A stretch of DNA of 64,000 nucleotides, taken from the IMG/VR virus record IMGVR_UViG_3300034418_008897, positions 1 through 64,000 of that record; one strand, written 5' to 3'. Numbering within the stretch: position 1 is the first letter of the stretch; every line of letters begins with the position of its first letter. The position numbers were made by a program, and so were the translations under genes. This stretch comes from a virus. Under the pieces are notes generated by a model. The model saw only the letters and a list, made by a program, of their open reading frames with translations, did not search any database and was not told the origin of the DNA. Of the stretch, positions 29,957-39,997 are shown in pieces.

Positions 29957-32900
29957 TTAATTAAATGAATAAACAAAAGACGATAATATAGCTTGTATAG
30001 TTACATAATCGTACCCTTCGTAAGTAAATTTTATTTTTATTGCTTTATCTCTAATGTCAACGCCTTTATCGTTTTTACCAGCTTCTATATAAAGATGGTC
30101 CTCTATATATTCCATATTTTGCTTTATAATACCAAAGTCAATAGTGTTAAAAGTAAAACCAGCCGGTAAAGTACCTGATATATTATTACCATTTTGATCT
30201 AAAATTTCATTGTAAAATACACCATTTGAATCCTGAACTTTTTTTCCTATTATGTAAATTACCCCTGCAAATACAACATAACCGCCTTCTAACCTTTCTA
30301 CTTCTTGTTCACTCATATCAGCAATATTTATAACTGCATTACTAGATAAAGTAGATGTTGTTATATTCCAACCAACAGAAGGCTCTAGCTCTTGTCTTTG
30401 TTTTAATTTTTGTTCATAATCATTGTTATTACTCAAAAAGTTATCGTAATCAAAATCATTTTCTAATAAAGTATAAGTAACTCTACCAGGGAAAGCTCGG
30501 TTAGAAATAACCATTAAGCTATTTATTACTTTTTGAACAGCAGATTTATCTACTAAAACAAATTCAAAAATAAATTGTTCTTGATTTCCATATATATAAG
30601 AATAAGGAACCTTATCAGAAAAATGTTTCCATATACTTTCTCTATCTGCAATAGCATTAAAAGAATATAGATTATTTTCTATATTAAACATCCATAAAGG
30701 GTTCCAAGATAATTTAGATACCCATTTTTGTAAAGTTTCATTATAATAAATAGAAGCTATTTTATTTTTATCGCAAATACTTTCATAAGTACCTATATAT
30801 AAATTTTCTTCTCCTTCCCTAACTTTTCTATTGATTTCTGCTTCAGCCCTTCCTCTATTAATTTCAAATTCCCCTTCAGCCCTTTCTGCAGCATTATTTA
30901 AAAATTGATTAGCGCCAAATACTTCTGCAGATTGACTAGTATTACTAACTTGCACCTTATTATTTATGTAATCTAAAGCAGGGCCTAAAGCAGGATTATA
31001 TGTTTCTGCTTTGGTTGTATCTCTTACAGTTGTATCTTTTACGGTTGTAGTTCTTACTATTTCTGTTTCCTTACAAGAACCTAACACATCAGTAGTAAAT
31101 TTGCCGTTTTCTAGGTTCATATAAGAAAATACAACATCATTACGTTCTCTATCGTAGTTAGCTTTTACATAATTACGAGCTGGAGAATTGTTTATCCTCT
31201 TTTTATATTCTTTTAATACAGATTGTACAGCAAAATCACTGATAATTTCTAAGCCGTACTGGCTATTAATTCCCACAACACGCCAAATTCTGTTTTTTCT
31301 TAAATCACAACCGTATATAGCTTGATCTGTTTTTATAATACTAAATTGCTGGTCACTACCATATTCTGTAGATATAACTTGCATTTTAGGAGCTAGTACT
31401 TCAGCGTTGTCTATAAATACCCCGCCGTCTTGTTGTGATAACATTGTTTTTTGGTTGATAGGTATCACACCAACACCTTGCTCAAATATACAATAAACAT
31501 TGTTATTATGTGTAATAAGCTTGGTTATTTGACCAAATTGTCTATTGTAGTCTTTAAAATTTAATCCAGAAAAATCTAAATAACCATTTTCAAAACTACC
31601 TGATACACTCGCTTCAGAAACATAAACTCTATTACTAAAATCTAAATTAAACACAGGCGATCTATCGTTTAAAGCCACTGAGAATTTGTCGTGTATATTA
31701 TCATTATAACCAAAGTTATAAGCTGAAGATTCTCTTTGCCTAGAATCTCTAATACTATTTATAGATCTAACTGGGTAAAAACTTCTACCTTGCCCATATA
31801 TACTAAGTTCGGTCGCAACACTTTTATCTTCTATTCTTAAATTTACATTGTAATTATTTTCAGTTACTAATGGCATTACAAAACCCTTTTCTATTAATCC
31901 TGTAGAACGATTTCCATCAGTGTATCCAGTAGGATCTGTAGCAATTGGGTTTTCTTGTATACCTAAACCAAGCATTATATTTTTATATATATGCGCTATA
32001 TAACAATCCCCGGAATATAAACTGACTTCAGTTAATGTATTTAAATCATCTAAAGTATATCTTTCAGTAATAGCGTAGTAGGCTTCCGTGCTTGACAAAG
32101 AATTATATTTATTTTTCCAATTAGTTTGAGTTAAAACCCCATCCATGGAATCATAAACATTAGTTAATACGCCTAAGTTAAAGCCATTAAATTGAACTTG
32201 CCATACATAATCTTGGATATCATTACCAGTTAATCCTTGCCCATTGCCTTTACCAACGTTTGAAAAAGTATTTATATTTTTCACTCTATAAGGGTCATTT
32301 TCCAAAGGTACAACTAAGGCATTATCCCCTTGTTTGGCTTTTATACCTATATAATCAGAATATTGAGTATTAGAGCTGAATAATTCAGAAGCAATATTTG
32401 TGCCCGTAGAGACAACATTACTAGGCCAACTTGGCTCAAAAGTTGCTGGATTTTGACTAGCAGAAGCAGCATAATAAATATTTCTATCTTCTTTAGCAGA
32501 GAATTGCCTAGCTCCAAAAGCATCTTGATCATAGCCTATATAAGATAAATTATAAGTGTTATCACTTATTAAATCTAAAGGGTTAGTAAAATTACTTTTA
32601 AAATTTTCTAAGTTTAAAACTTTTATTGGGGTTACCTCAGCGGGATCAACACTTATACTAGGCCCAAAAGAGTAAGAAGAAATTTTTAACTTATTAAGCA
32701 CAGGTGTTTGAACAATAAAGACATTAGAAGTATAACCATTAATTTGTTTTAAGTTACTGTGGTTAGATTTTTTTCTAACATGATAAACACCAAAATTTAT
32801 TGCTATCTGTAAATCTGTATTTAAAGGTGTATTAGGTGTTATATAAGGAAAAGTACTGTTAGCTTTTAATTTAGGTGCAAAATTACCGTCCTGTGTTTCC

Positions 32901-35335
32901 CAGTTGTCATAAGCTGTTATCCTTGTATATTTGCTGTATACTATTTGATTAGCACTATTTACTTCTATATAAAGATAAAATCGTTCTCTCTGATTATTAT
33001 TGTTGCCCCCTGGATCAAATTTATTAACTGCATTTATTCTCCATTTTTGAACGGTAACACCAGTACCAGCAGTAGTTGAAGATTGGCCTAAATAATTCCA
33101 GTTACCTATCAAATCTTCTATTTCCATTCCATTATTACCGACATTACCAGCAGAAGAAGCACCATAAGGAACTAATTGTACATTATTTAATGCGGTATTT
33201 CCACCAGAAACAGCATTAGGCGCAACTATACTATTTGCTTTTATAGGGTCTGTTACGCCATTAAAAAATAATCCTTTCTGGCTGCTGTTGAAAGTAGTAG
33301 CCATTATAGCAGGGTCAGCTAATTGGTCAGCAGCATAAAAAGCCCAATACATCTCTGGAAGCCCCCCATTAAATTCATTTTGCCCAGTATTTGCGTAACT
33401 CCAATCTTGTGCTGGATAAATTTGACCTTGTTTAGATATAGGCACATGATTATTTACATCATCAGTACTATCTTTAGTTATTTCTTGAATTCTACCTGGG
33501 CAAGGTAATATTTTCAAAGGCACTTCTTTTATATCATTGTAAGCTCCAGCGCCTATAGGACCATCAATATCAGCTATAAACTCTCTGTCATCTAGTCCAC
33601 CTGTGTACCACTCTGTGTAAGAAGTATTATAATCATATCTACCAGTGTTTCTTATTTTTTGATTTACAGGTAACCTATTAGTGTTTGTAGTAAACCCTTG
33701 TACTATACAATCTCTTTTACGTTCTTTCCTAGTAAAAAAGAAACCTGTAGTTTCATTTTGAACCACGGTACTACTCTTTAAAGGAGTTAAATCTATATCA
33801 AAATATTTTATTTCTGTAGTATCTGCATCAAAATTACCAGTAGAATTTTTAAACATAGTTCTGTTTTTATAAGTACGATATATACCTAATCTATTTTCAG
33901 AACTATTTGTTTTAAACCCATTATCGCCAAAATTGTCACCTGAAGTATAAACAAAATTACCATCATAATTATCACCGCCCCTTATAGGCAACGCAGGAGA
34001 TAGAGTACCGTCTTTCATCATAAATACTATACCTAATTCATATGTTTCCCCCGCCCAATAACCTAATTTATTATATACATTATCAGGTTTAGCATAACCT
34101 TCGCCTAAACCTTTTATTAATAAATCTTCGCTTTTTTCTTTTACTTTTAATTGTAAAGCTACTGTTCTTAAGTCTTCGTAGTCATTTAAATTTGTGGTAA
34201 CATTCCCCAATAATAATCGATCATCATATTGAGTCATTGTTTTTACTGTATTAATAGAAGAATAAGTTAAGTTTAAATTGTTTCTATCATATAATATACT
34301 GTCTTCGTTACCATAAATAGTAATACTTATACTTTGAGTAGGAGAGGTTATATTGTTAGGTATATCATATATATCAACAATCTCGTATACTAAAGTAGAA
34401 GGGCTGACTAAATCTTGTCCTTCTGAATAATAAACTTTAATACCTGAAAATTTTGTATCTAGATTAGATAAAGTAAATTTTACAGCTTTTCCTGTGTTTT
34501 CATCATTATTAGCGCCTATATTATCATAAGCAAAAATAACTAACCTAGATTCTTCTACAACATCAGTTAAAGAACCGTCGCTATCTATATATCTAAAATA
34601 AAATCTACGCCCACCACCTTTATGAGCTCCGCCTGGAAATACGCCATCAAATTGTAATTTTAATATTTGACTAGTAGTTTTAATTAATTTAGTAGCGTCA
34701 AATTCTAAATTAGAATAAGTATTGGTGTCTTTCTTTTGTCTTCTATTTGCAATAGCAGCCCTTTTACCGTCTTCATGTAATTTAAATCTACTATTCACTA
34801 GTCTTACAGGGTTATAATCATCTGTAAAAATTATATTAATAGATTCATCATAAGAAGGTTGCAATTCTATTTCTATTAACCTATCAGCTTGAAAATTTAA
34901 TTTAGCTGTTCTAAAAGGGCTTTGGTGAGAAATATCAGTTGAAGCTAAAGGATTAGTACCACTATAAAAATTATGCAAAGGAGCATAGGCTTGTACTAAA
35001 GGAAAATATTCTTCAGGATCTTGAGAATTATTTATAGCCGTCCAATCAGGGCTAGGAAAAGTACCTATTTCACCTGAGATAAAAGTACCATCATTATGAA
35101 ATTTACCAGATAATATATAAGCAATATTTTCATGAACTGCTACTCCTAAAGGTCTATAATCTTTAGTCAAACTAGAAAATAGATCTGTACCCTTCATATT
35201 TTGAAGAATTAACTGGTTAGCTCCATCTGTTGTTAATGCGGCATTAATAGCATCAACCATAGTATCTGCTTTAGCATTTAATGGGTGCGCATCAGTATTT
35301 AATTCTGTAAATGTATTAAACGTAGAATTGCTCAT
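29957..35335 (-). CDS. Tail stabilisation/muzzle protein (P22 gp10-like, crAss type)
   Basis: 1792 aa; N-terminus NTFTELNTDAHP...DAINA and NKLGYWAGETYELGIVF fit crAss-like muzzle proteins; position after the ring and HU/IHF genes. Confidence 0.8.
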   Translation of the reverse strand: MSNSTFNTFTELNTDAHPLNAKADTMVDAINAALTTDGANQLILQNMKGTDLFSSLTKDYRPLGVAVHENIAYILSGKFHNDGTFISGEIGTFPSPDWTAINNSQDPEEYFPLVQAYAPLHNFYSGTNPLASTDISHQSPFRTAKLNFQADRLIEIELQPSYDESINIIFTDDYNPVRLVNSRFKLHEDGKRAAIANRRQKKDTNTYSNLEFDATKLIKTTSQILKLQFDGVFPGGAHKGGGRRFYFRYIDSDGSLTDVVEESRLVIFAYDNIGANNDENTGKAVKFTLSNLDTKFSGIKVYYSEGQDLVSPSTLVYEIVDIYDIPNNITSPTQSISITIYGNEDSILYDRNNLNLTYSSINTVKTMTQYDDRLLLGNVTTNLNDYEDLRTVALQLKVKEKSEDLLIKGLGEGYAKPDNVYNKLGYWAGETYELGIVFMMKDGTLSPALPIRGGDNYDGNFVYTSGDNFGDNGFKTNSSENRLGIYRTYKNRTMFKNSTGNFDADTTEIKYFDIDLTPLKSSTVVQNETTGFFFTRKERKRDCIVQGFTTNTNRLPVNQKIRNTGRYDYNTSYTEWYTGGLDDREFIADIDGPIGAGAYNDIKEVPLKILPCPGRIQEITKDSTDDVNNHVPISKQGQIYPAQDWSYANTGQNEFNGGLPEMYWAFYAADQLADPAIMATTFNSSQKGLFFNGVTDPIKANSIVAPNAVSGGNTALNNVQLVPYGASSAGNVGNNGMEIEDLIGNWNYLGQSSTTAGTGVTVQKWRINAVNKFDPGGNNNNQRERFYLYIEVNSANQIVYSKYTRITAYDNWETQDGNFAPKLKANSTFPYITPNTPLNTDLQIAINFGVYHVRKKSNHSNLKQINGYTSNVFIVQTPVLNKLKISSYSFGPSISVDPAEVTPIKVLNLENFKSNFTNPLDLISDNTYNLSYIGYDQDAFGARQFSAKEDRNIYYAASASQNPATFEPSWPSNVVSTGTNIASELFSSNTQYSDYIGIKAKQGDNALVVPLENDPYRVKNINTFSNVGKGNGQGLTGNDIQDYVWQVQFNGFNLGVLTNVYDSMDGVLTQTNWKNKYNSLSSTEAYYAITERYTLDDLNTLTEVSLYSGDCYIAHIYKNIMLGLGIQENPIATDPTGYTDGNRSTGLIEKGFVMPLVTENNYNVNLRIEDKSVATELSIYGQGRSFYPVRSINSIRDSRQRESSAYNFGYNDNIHDKFSVALNDRSPVFNLDFSNRVYVSEASVSGSFENGYLDFSGLNFKDYNRQFGQITKLITHNNNVYCIFEQGVGVIPINQKTMLSQQDGGVFIDNAEVLAPKMQVISTEYGSDQQFSIIKTDQAIYGCDLRKNRIWRVVGINSQYGLEIISDFAVQSVLKEYKKRINNSPARNYVKANYDRERNDVVFSYMNLENGKFTTDVLGSCKETEIVRTTTVKDTTVRDTTKAETYNPALGPALDYINNKVQVSNTSQSAEVFGANQFLNNAAERAEGEFEINRGRAEAEINRKVREGEENLYIGTYESICDKNKIASIYYNETLQKWVSKLSWNPLWMFNIENNLYSFNAIADRESIWKHFSDKVPYSYIYGNQEQFIFEFVLVDKSAVQKVINSLMVISNRAFPGRVTYTLLENDFDYDNFLSNNNDYEQKLKQRQELEPSVGWNITTSTLSSNAVINIADMSEQEVERLEGGYVVFAGVIYIIGKKVQDSNGVFYNEILDQNGNNISGTLPAGFTFNTIDFGIIKQNMEYIEDHLYIEAGKNDKGVDIRDKAIKIKFTYEGYDYVTIQAILSSFVYSFN

Positions 35336-36089
35336 ATTTCTCTTTATGTATACGTTGTAATCGTTTTTTAACTACTTTTTTCATAATAGCATCATGAAAT
35401 CTTCCTAATGCTCTAAAAAATCTTACTTCACCTGTTTTATCTATAAATCTTACTTCTTCGCCTCTTTTAAGCTCCTCTAGTAAAAGATTAAAACAATGTA
35501 CAACAAGTTTTTTTACTTTATCTTCTTGAATATAAGAAAAGGTATCATAAAGGTACGGTAAAAAATAATCTATACTCCTTGGTCTTACTGAAAATTTTTC
35601 TCCGCTATTAGCGTGTGCTACCATATTATTATATATGTCTTTAGGTACATATATTTTTAATTCTTTTTTCTTTTGTCTAGGTGCAAACCTAAAAGTTAAA
35701 TAAGGCACAGTGTTATTGGTTTGTGTCATATCCACGTAGCCTAATTTACCATGCTTTACTTTACTCCTAACAATAGCATCATTTAATTCTCCAACAAAAA
35801 TAACAGCTTTACTATTACCTGGAAATTTAAATGAACATTTACCTGTTGCTACTTCCCACAATATAGCTTGCAATAAAGTATTAAATATTTTTCTAATTAA
35901 GGCAGGGTTGTCTTTACAACTATAAAAATTTCTTATTCTTCCTTTAGGAGCAGTTTTCTTTTTAACTAAATACTCTTTACAAGTTTGTCTGTCAGAAGGA
36001 AAGATATCTTTAGATGTCAACATTAAAGTTGTATCATATTCTGATCTTTTATATCCTTTTCCTTTTTCATTTATACCATAAAAAGGCAT
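35316..36089 (-). CDS. HU/IHF-like DNA-binding protein, probably two degenerate domains
   Basis: LIRKIFNTLLQAILWEVATGKCSFKFPG and VKKLVVHCFNLLLEELKRGEEVRF fit the HU helix-helix-strand pattern; IHF-like genes sit next to the muzzle gene in crAss-like phages. Confidence 0.55.
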   Translation of the reverse strand: MPFYGINEKGKGYKRSEYDTTLMLTSKDIFPSDRQTCKEYLVKKKTAPKGRIRNFYSCKDNPALIRKIFNTLLQAILWEVATGKCSFKFPGNSKAVIFVGELNDAIVRSKVKHGKLGYVDMTQTNNTVPYLTFRFAPRQKKKELKIYVPKDIYNNMVAHANSGEKFSVRPRSIDYFLPYLYDTFSYIQEDKVKKLVVHCFNLLLEELKRGEEVRFIDKTGEVRFFRALGRFHDAIMKKVVKKRLQRIHKEKYEQFYV

Positions 36090-36853
36090 TATTGTAGGGG
36101 TTTATAACTTGAATTAAAAACTTTTCTATTATGAGTTGTCATAGCAGAAAATACTCTATTCCATTGGTTTTGTGTAATATATTCTGGTATTTTAGCAGCA
36201 GCCATTAATCTCCCTGCTTCTTGCTTAATATAAGGTAATATAGAAGCTGCCCCCGGGTCTCTCATAAATAGTTTCTTTTGAGTATCTATAAAAGCTAATT
36301 GAGCCGCAATAGCTTCAGCTTCTTTTCTGTATAATAAAGGGTTATTATCATCGTCTACACAAATACCTCTATAAATACAAGTACCACTGAAACCTATTAA
36401 TTCTTCTGTAAATTGCAAGGATTTATTTCCACCTTTATCTCCAATTAAATTATAAGGCATATAAGAACCTAGAGGATGTAGCTCGCTATTTTGCGGTAAT
36501 GGTACTCTTGTATAAGTTGGGTCATTTACTACATCCGCTAAATAACCGTTGGGTGAAATATTAGAATCAGAATACAGTAAAGTAAAGTCTCCTTCTGCTC
36601 CAGTAATACTATTACCCTCATTACTAGAAACCGCTTCAATAAATTCTACGTTGCAAGGTAGCTCTACAATACCAGATTGTGGTACAGTAAATTTAAAAGT
36701 ATAAATACCTGTAGCTATATTACCTATAGATCTAAAAACGTTGTAAGCACGCTCTAAATAATCATCTGGTTGCATTTCTATATCATACAAATCTCTAAGT
36801 AAATACTTAGGATACATAAAATCATAAAATGGAGAAGCTGCTTGTTCTTGCAT
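36089..36853 (-). CDS. Tail ring/tubular protein (P22 gp4-like, crAss type)
   Basis: IVELPCNVEFIEAVS...YRGICVDDDNNPLL..KEAEAIA; synteny. Confidence 0.65.
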   Translation of the reverse strand: MQEQAASPFYDFMYPKYLLRDLYDIEMQPDDYLERAYNVFRSIGNIATGIYTFKFTVPQSGIVELPCNVEFIEAVSSNEGNSITGAEGDFTLLYSDSNISPNGYLADVVNDPTYTRVPLPQNSELHPLGSYMPYNLIGDKGGNKSLQFTEELIGFSGTCIYRGICVDDDNNPLLYRKEAEAIAAQLAFIDTQKKLFMRDPGAASILPYIKQEAGRLMAAAKIPEYITQNQWNRVFSAMTTHNRKVFNSSYKPLQ

Positions 36854-36857
36854 ATTT

Positions 36858-37478
36858 TTATTTTTTGTATATTAAACTATTTAAAATACCGCCTTTTTTC
36901 CATAATTCAGTACAAGCTAAATGTCTTGCTGTACCTGGTTTCGCAGTACTACATTTATGTCTTGCTTTAAAAGCTTTTCTTTTGGAGTCTACATTATTTA
37001 CATAACGTTTATCTCCTGCATGGACTAGTTTCTTTTTACCATCTATACAGTAAAGCTTCATAATTTTTTTATGCTTACGGGTAGATCTTTTAGTTTGACC
37101 GCATTTCATATCTGATTTTACAGACCCGCCCTTTTTATATAGCAACATTCCTAATTTAGCTTTTGAAACTTTTTTACCCATACCTTTATTTTTCTTTTCG
37201 GATATTTTCTTTTTTAAATTTTTACCTTTAGGCATATTAGGAGTTTTTGAGCTGACTTTTTTACTGGGTCTACAATACTCAGTTTTACCACCTGAACCGC
37301 AATCTTCACCAGAAATTTTATCTTTCCATTTTTCGTCTCCCCATCTTTTTAAATCCGACCCTTTTTTAGTTTTTCTTACATCTCCTTTAGACTTTCTACA
37401 TTTAGCAATAAGTTGACTACGCCTAGCAGAGTTGGGCATTTTAGCAGCAAATTTTTTATAACAAGCATCTTTACTCAT
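36858..37478 (-). CDS. Highly basic Cys-containing protein, two small domains joined by the tag
   Basis: Very Lys-rich; LKRWGDEKW..CG..YCRP and KLVHAGD.RY...AFKARHKC...LAC.ELW domains; MLLYKKGG linker and LWKKGGIL end. Confidence 0.65.
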   Translation of the reverse strand: MSKDACYKKFAAKMPNSARRSQLIAKCRKSKGDVRKTKKGSDLKRWGDEKWKDKISGEDCGSGGKTEYCRPSKKVSSKTPNMPKGKNLKKKISEKKNKGMGKKVSKAKLGMLLYKKGGSVKSDMKCGQTKRSTRKHKKIMKLYCIDGKKKLVHAGDKRYVNNVDSKRKAFKARHKCSTAKPGTARHLACTELWKKGGILNSLIYKK

Positions 37479-38044
37479 TACTTAGCTAATTCAGCCATCT
37501 CGTTATCTAAAAACCTTAAAGCAGTAGCATCTGTACCAAATGCTTCTAGCTTGTCTAACCAAGTTTGCATTTTAGTAAGCTCTTCATGTTGTTCTTTAAC
37601 ATATTTCAAAGCAAGCTCATATAACATATGATCTCCATGAGACATTGCTGCAGATGCTAATTCTTTGCATTGTTTAGTGATCTCTACCTCATGCTCATAA
37701 GATTTTTGTATAATATCTGGTAATCCTTTATAATCAGAAATTATCTTAGGCATTTCTCTTATTTCAGGTTGTATACCTAAACCTAAAAGATAAGCTCTAG
37801 CCCAATCTACATGGGCCATTTCTTCATGAGCATATTTATGCCATAAAGCCCCAGCTCCAGTATAACCTAAATTATCTAAAAACATGTACATATCTTCATA
37901 CATTCGAGAAGACTTTTCTTCTTCTTGAGCGCGAAAATTTAACATATCTATACAATGCTCGCTAATCAAACTATTTTTGATTAACTTTTTTTCAGTTTTA
38001 TCTCCTGTTGGAGTGTCGTTATTTAAAATCTCTTTTAAAGCCAT
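37478..38044 (-). CDS. Ferritin (non-heme FtnA-like)
   Basis: Ferroxidase-centre pattern: EEEKSSRMY, AHEEMAH, YEHEVEIT, YVKEQHEE; four-helix length. Confidence 0.88.
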   Translation of the reverse strand: MALKEILNNDTPTGDKTEKKLIKNSLISEHCIDMLNFRAQEEEKSSRMYEDMYMFLDNLGYTGAGALWHKYAHEEMAHVDWARAYLLGLGIQPEIREMPKIISDYKGLPDIIQKSYEHEVEITKQCKELASAAMSHGDHMLYELALKYVKEQHEELTKMQTWLDKLEAFGTDATALRFLDNEMAELAK

Positions 38045-38046
38045 AA

Positions 38047-38742
38047 TTATTGAACTATATCATTTTGTTGATTAGGTAAAGGTTGTACATTTAATTGTCT
38101 AAAGTATCTAATATACTTCTCAGTTAAAGTATCTATAATAGCCATTTGCATATGTAAAGGAGCTGGATATTCTTTATCTAAAGCGTCAGGGTCTAAAGCT
38201 AAAATATCCATTGGGTGATTAAACATTGCTCTTAAAGAAACATATTTAAGTGGGTTATACTTGCCTAAGTTAAAGAAATAAATAGTATTTTTACCATTGT
38301 GGTTCATAGATGTATCTACCCAAGCAAAAGGTTTATGGGCAGTTCTTATTCTCACCCTGTGATTTTGAATATCATCTGTATTATAATAAACAGCAAATTC
38401 TTCTTGTTTATTTGCTAACCCTAAAAACTCTATAGCACTGTCATCAGGAGTGGCTAATAAAGTAGGCACTTCTATAGCAGGCACTTGTGAGTCACAATTA
38501 GGAATAAAACTACAAATAGTTGAAGCTAAATCTTTTTGCTCTAATATTATATTATCAAGTGTTTGTATTAAATATTTACTATTTAGTTTAAAAGTAGTAG
38601 AATATTTATTTACAAAATCAGCCCTAGCTAAGTCTATTTCATCATATAATTGCTCTATACTGAAAGATTGATCGCTGATGTTACCAGATAATCCATCTGC
38701 CACTCTATTTCTAATACTACTAGCAAGTTCTAAAGAAGTCAT
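38047..38742 (-). CDS. Tail ring protein (crAss type)
   Basis: ELASSIRN...FSIEQLYDEIDLARA, VSLRAMFNHP...EYPAP; synteny. Confidence 0.6.
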   Translation of the reverse strand: MTSLELASSIRNRVADGLSGNISDQSFSIEQLYDEIDLARADFVNKYSTTFKLNSKYLIQTLDNIILEQKDLASTICSFIPNCDSQVPAIEVPTLLATPDDSAIEFLGLANKQEEFAVYYNTDDIQNHRVRIRTAHKPFAWVDTSMNHNGKNTIYFFNLGKYNPLKYVSLRAMFNHPMDILALDPDALDKEYPAPLHMQMAIIDTLTEKYIRYFRQLNVQPLPNQQNDIVQ

Positions 38743-38793
38743 AAAAATCTTATTTATGAAATATAATATAAAAGATAAGCCGAAAAACTAAGT

Positions 38794-38828
38794 AAAATAA
38801 AAAACCCCCTTAACTTAATAAGAGGGCT
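38794..38828 (-). terminator. Intrinsic terminator after the 339 aa gene
   Basis: Minus strand GCCCTCTTA-TTAAGT-TAAGGGGGT followed by TTTTTATTTT. Confidence 0.7.
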
Positions 38829-38854
38829 TAGTATATAGGTTGTTAGTATTCCTA

Positions 38855-39874
38855 TTATGCGATAAAAGCAGCGCTTGTAGCAACAGAAGAACCATCAGCT
38901 AAAATTAATACTTCTGATGTTTCTTGAGCTAAAGTTAAAGGCGCAGCAGTTACAGTAGCAGTTAAATCAGCTAAAGCAGCAGCTCTTAAAATAGCAACAG
39001 CAGCTAATTTATCAGCAGCACCGTTAGCAGCCAAACAAGTCGCTTCATTCATCCAAAGAACGAACTCGTGAGTAGCTGGTAATGGACCGTGGTCTGCAGC
39101 GATAGTAGAGATTTTTTCTGTGTAAGGAGCAGAAACTTTAAAATATAAAGCACTATAAGTTCCTCTTAAATCAACTCTAGTATCAGCTGTATCAACTCCG
39201 TATGGATCAACATTTCCTGGAGTAGCCATTCTAATAGACTCTTCTAAGAATTTACCTAATCCTTCACCTTCGAAAGCAGTAGCAACAGTTGCGTTTAAAG
39301 CTAAAGCTACCCAATTTTGAGAACCAATTCCTTGCGCACTTCTTCTGATTTCAACTCTTTTAAAAGAAACTGATTCGTATCCAGATAAAGTAGTTAAACG
39401 GATATCAGCTGCACCATTAGATGCTACTGAAAAAGGAAAAGCAGCAGTTGGGAATTCAGCAATAAAGTCAGTGTAAGCAGTAACTAAAGCTGTACGAATA
39501 TCAGCAGCAGCAACAGCAGCTAAAGGCTTAGTTGTTAAAGAAAAAGTTCTTGTTCTTCCTAATTTAGAAGCAACTGCTAATTCTGATTGGTAGCGAGTAG
39601 TATCTACTTCAACTCTCAACTCAACAACTTCACCAATAGCAATACCTGCAGGAGCAGTTACAGTAAAGTCTTTACTTTCGTTAACAGCAGCTCTACCTCT
39701 ACGTAATTGGATATCAGTAATAGCTGATAATTCGAAGTGTCCGAAACCTTCGATTAATAATTTGTCTGTTGCAGCTACAGCAGCAGCAGTCGTTCTTTCA
39801 ACACCTGCGCTAGAAAATACTCTTACGCTATCAGGAGTGTTGATAACTCTTTGTTTGTCAGATAATGTAAACAT
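38855..39874 (-). CDS. Abundant structural protein, probably the auxiliary capsid (decoration) protein
   Basis: Ala-rich; MCP-like high-expression codons (GCT, ATC, TTC, CGT); own leader and terminator; sits between ring genes as in crAss-like phages. Confidence 0.55.
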   Translation of the reverse strand: MFTLSDKQRVINTPDSVRVFSSAGVERTTAAAVAATDKLLIEGFGHFELSAITDIQLRRGRAAVNESKDFTVTAPAGIAIGEVVELRVEVDTTRYQSELAVASKLGRTRTFSLTTKPLAAVAAADIRTALVTAYTDFIAEFPTAAFPFSVASNGAADIRLTTLSGYESVSFKRVEIRRSAQGIGSQNWVALALNATVATAFEGEGLGKFLEESIRMATPGNVDPYGVDTADTRVDLRGTYSALYFKVSAPYTEKISTIAADHGPLPATHEFVLWMNEATCLAANGAADKLAAVAILRAAALADLTATVTAAPLTLAQETSEVLILADGSSVATSAAFIA

Positions 39875-39997
39875 TTGTTTAATTAATTTTTTGTGTAACT
39901 TGTACCAGTGTAATTACACGGTTTATAAAAAAAGGAGCTGGTATCCCCTAAAACTACTGTAATATTACAATTTTATTTTAATATATAAGGTAAATTA

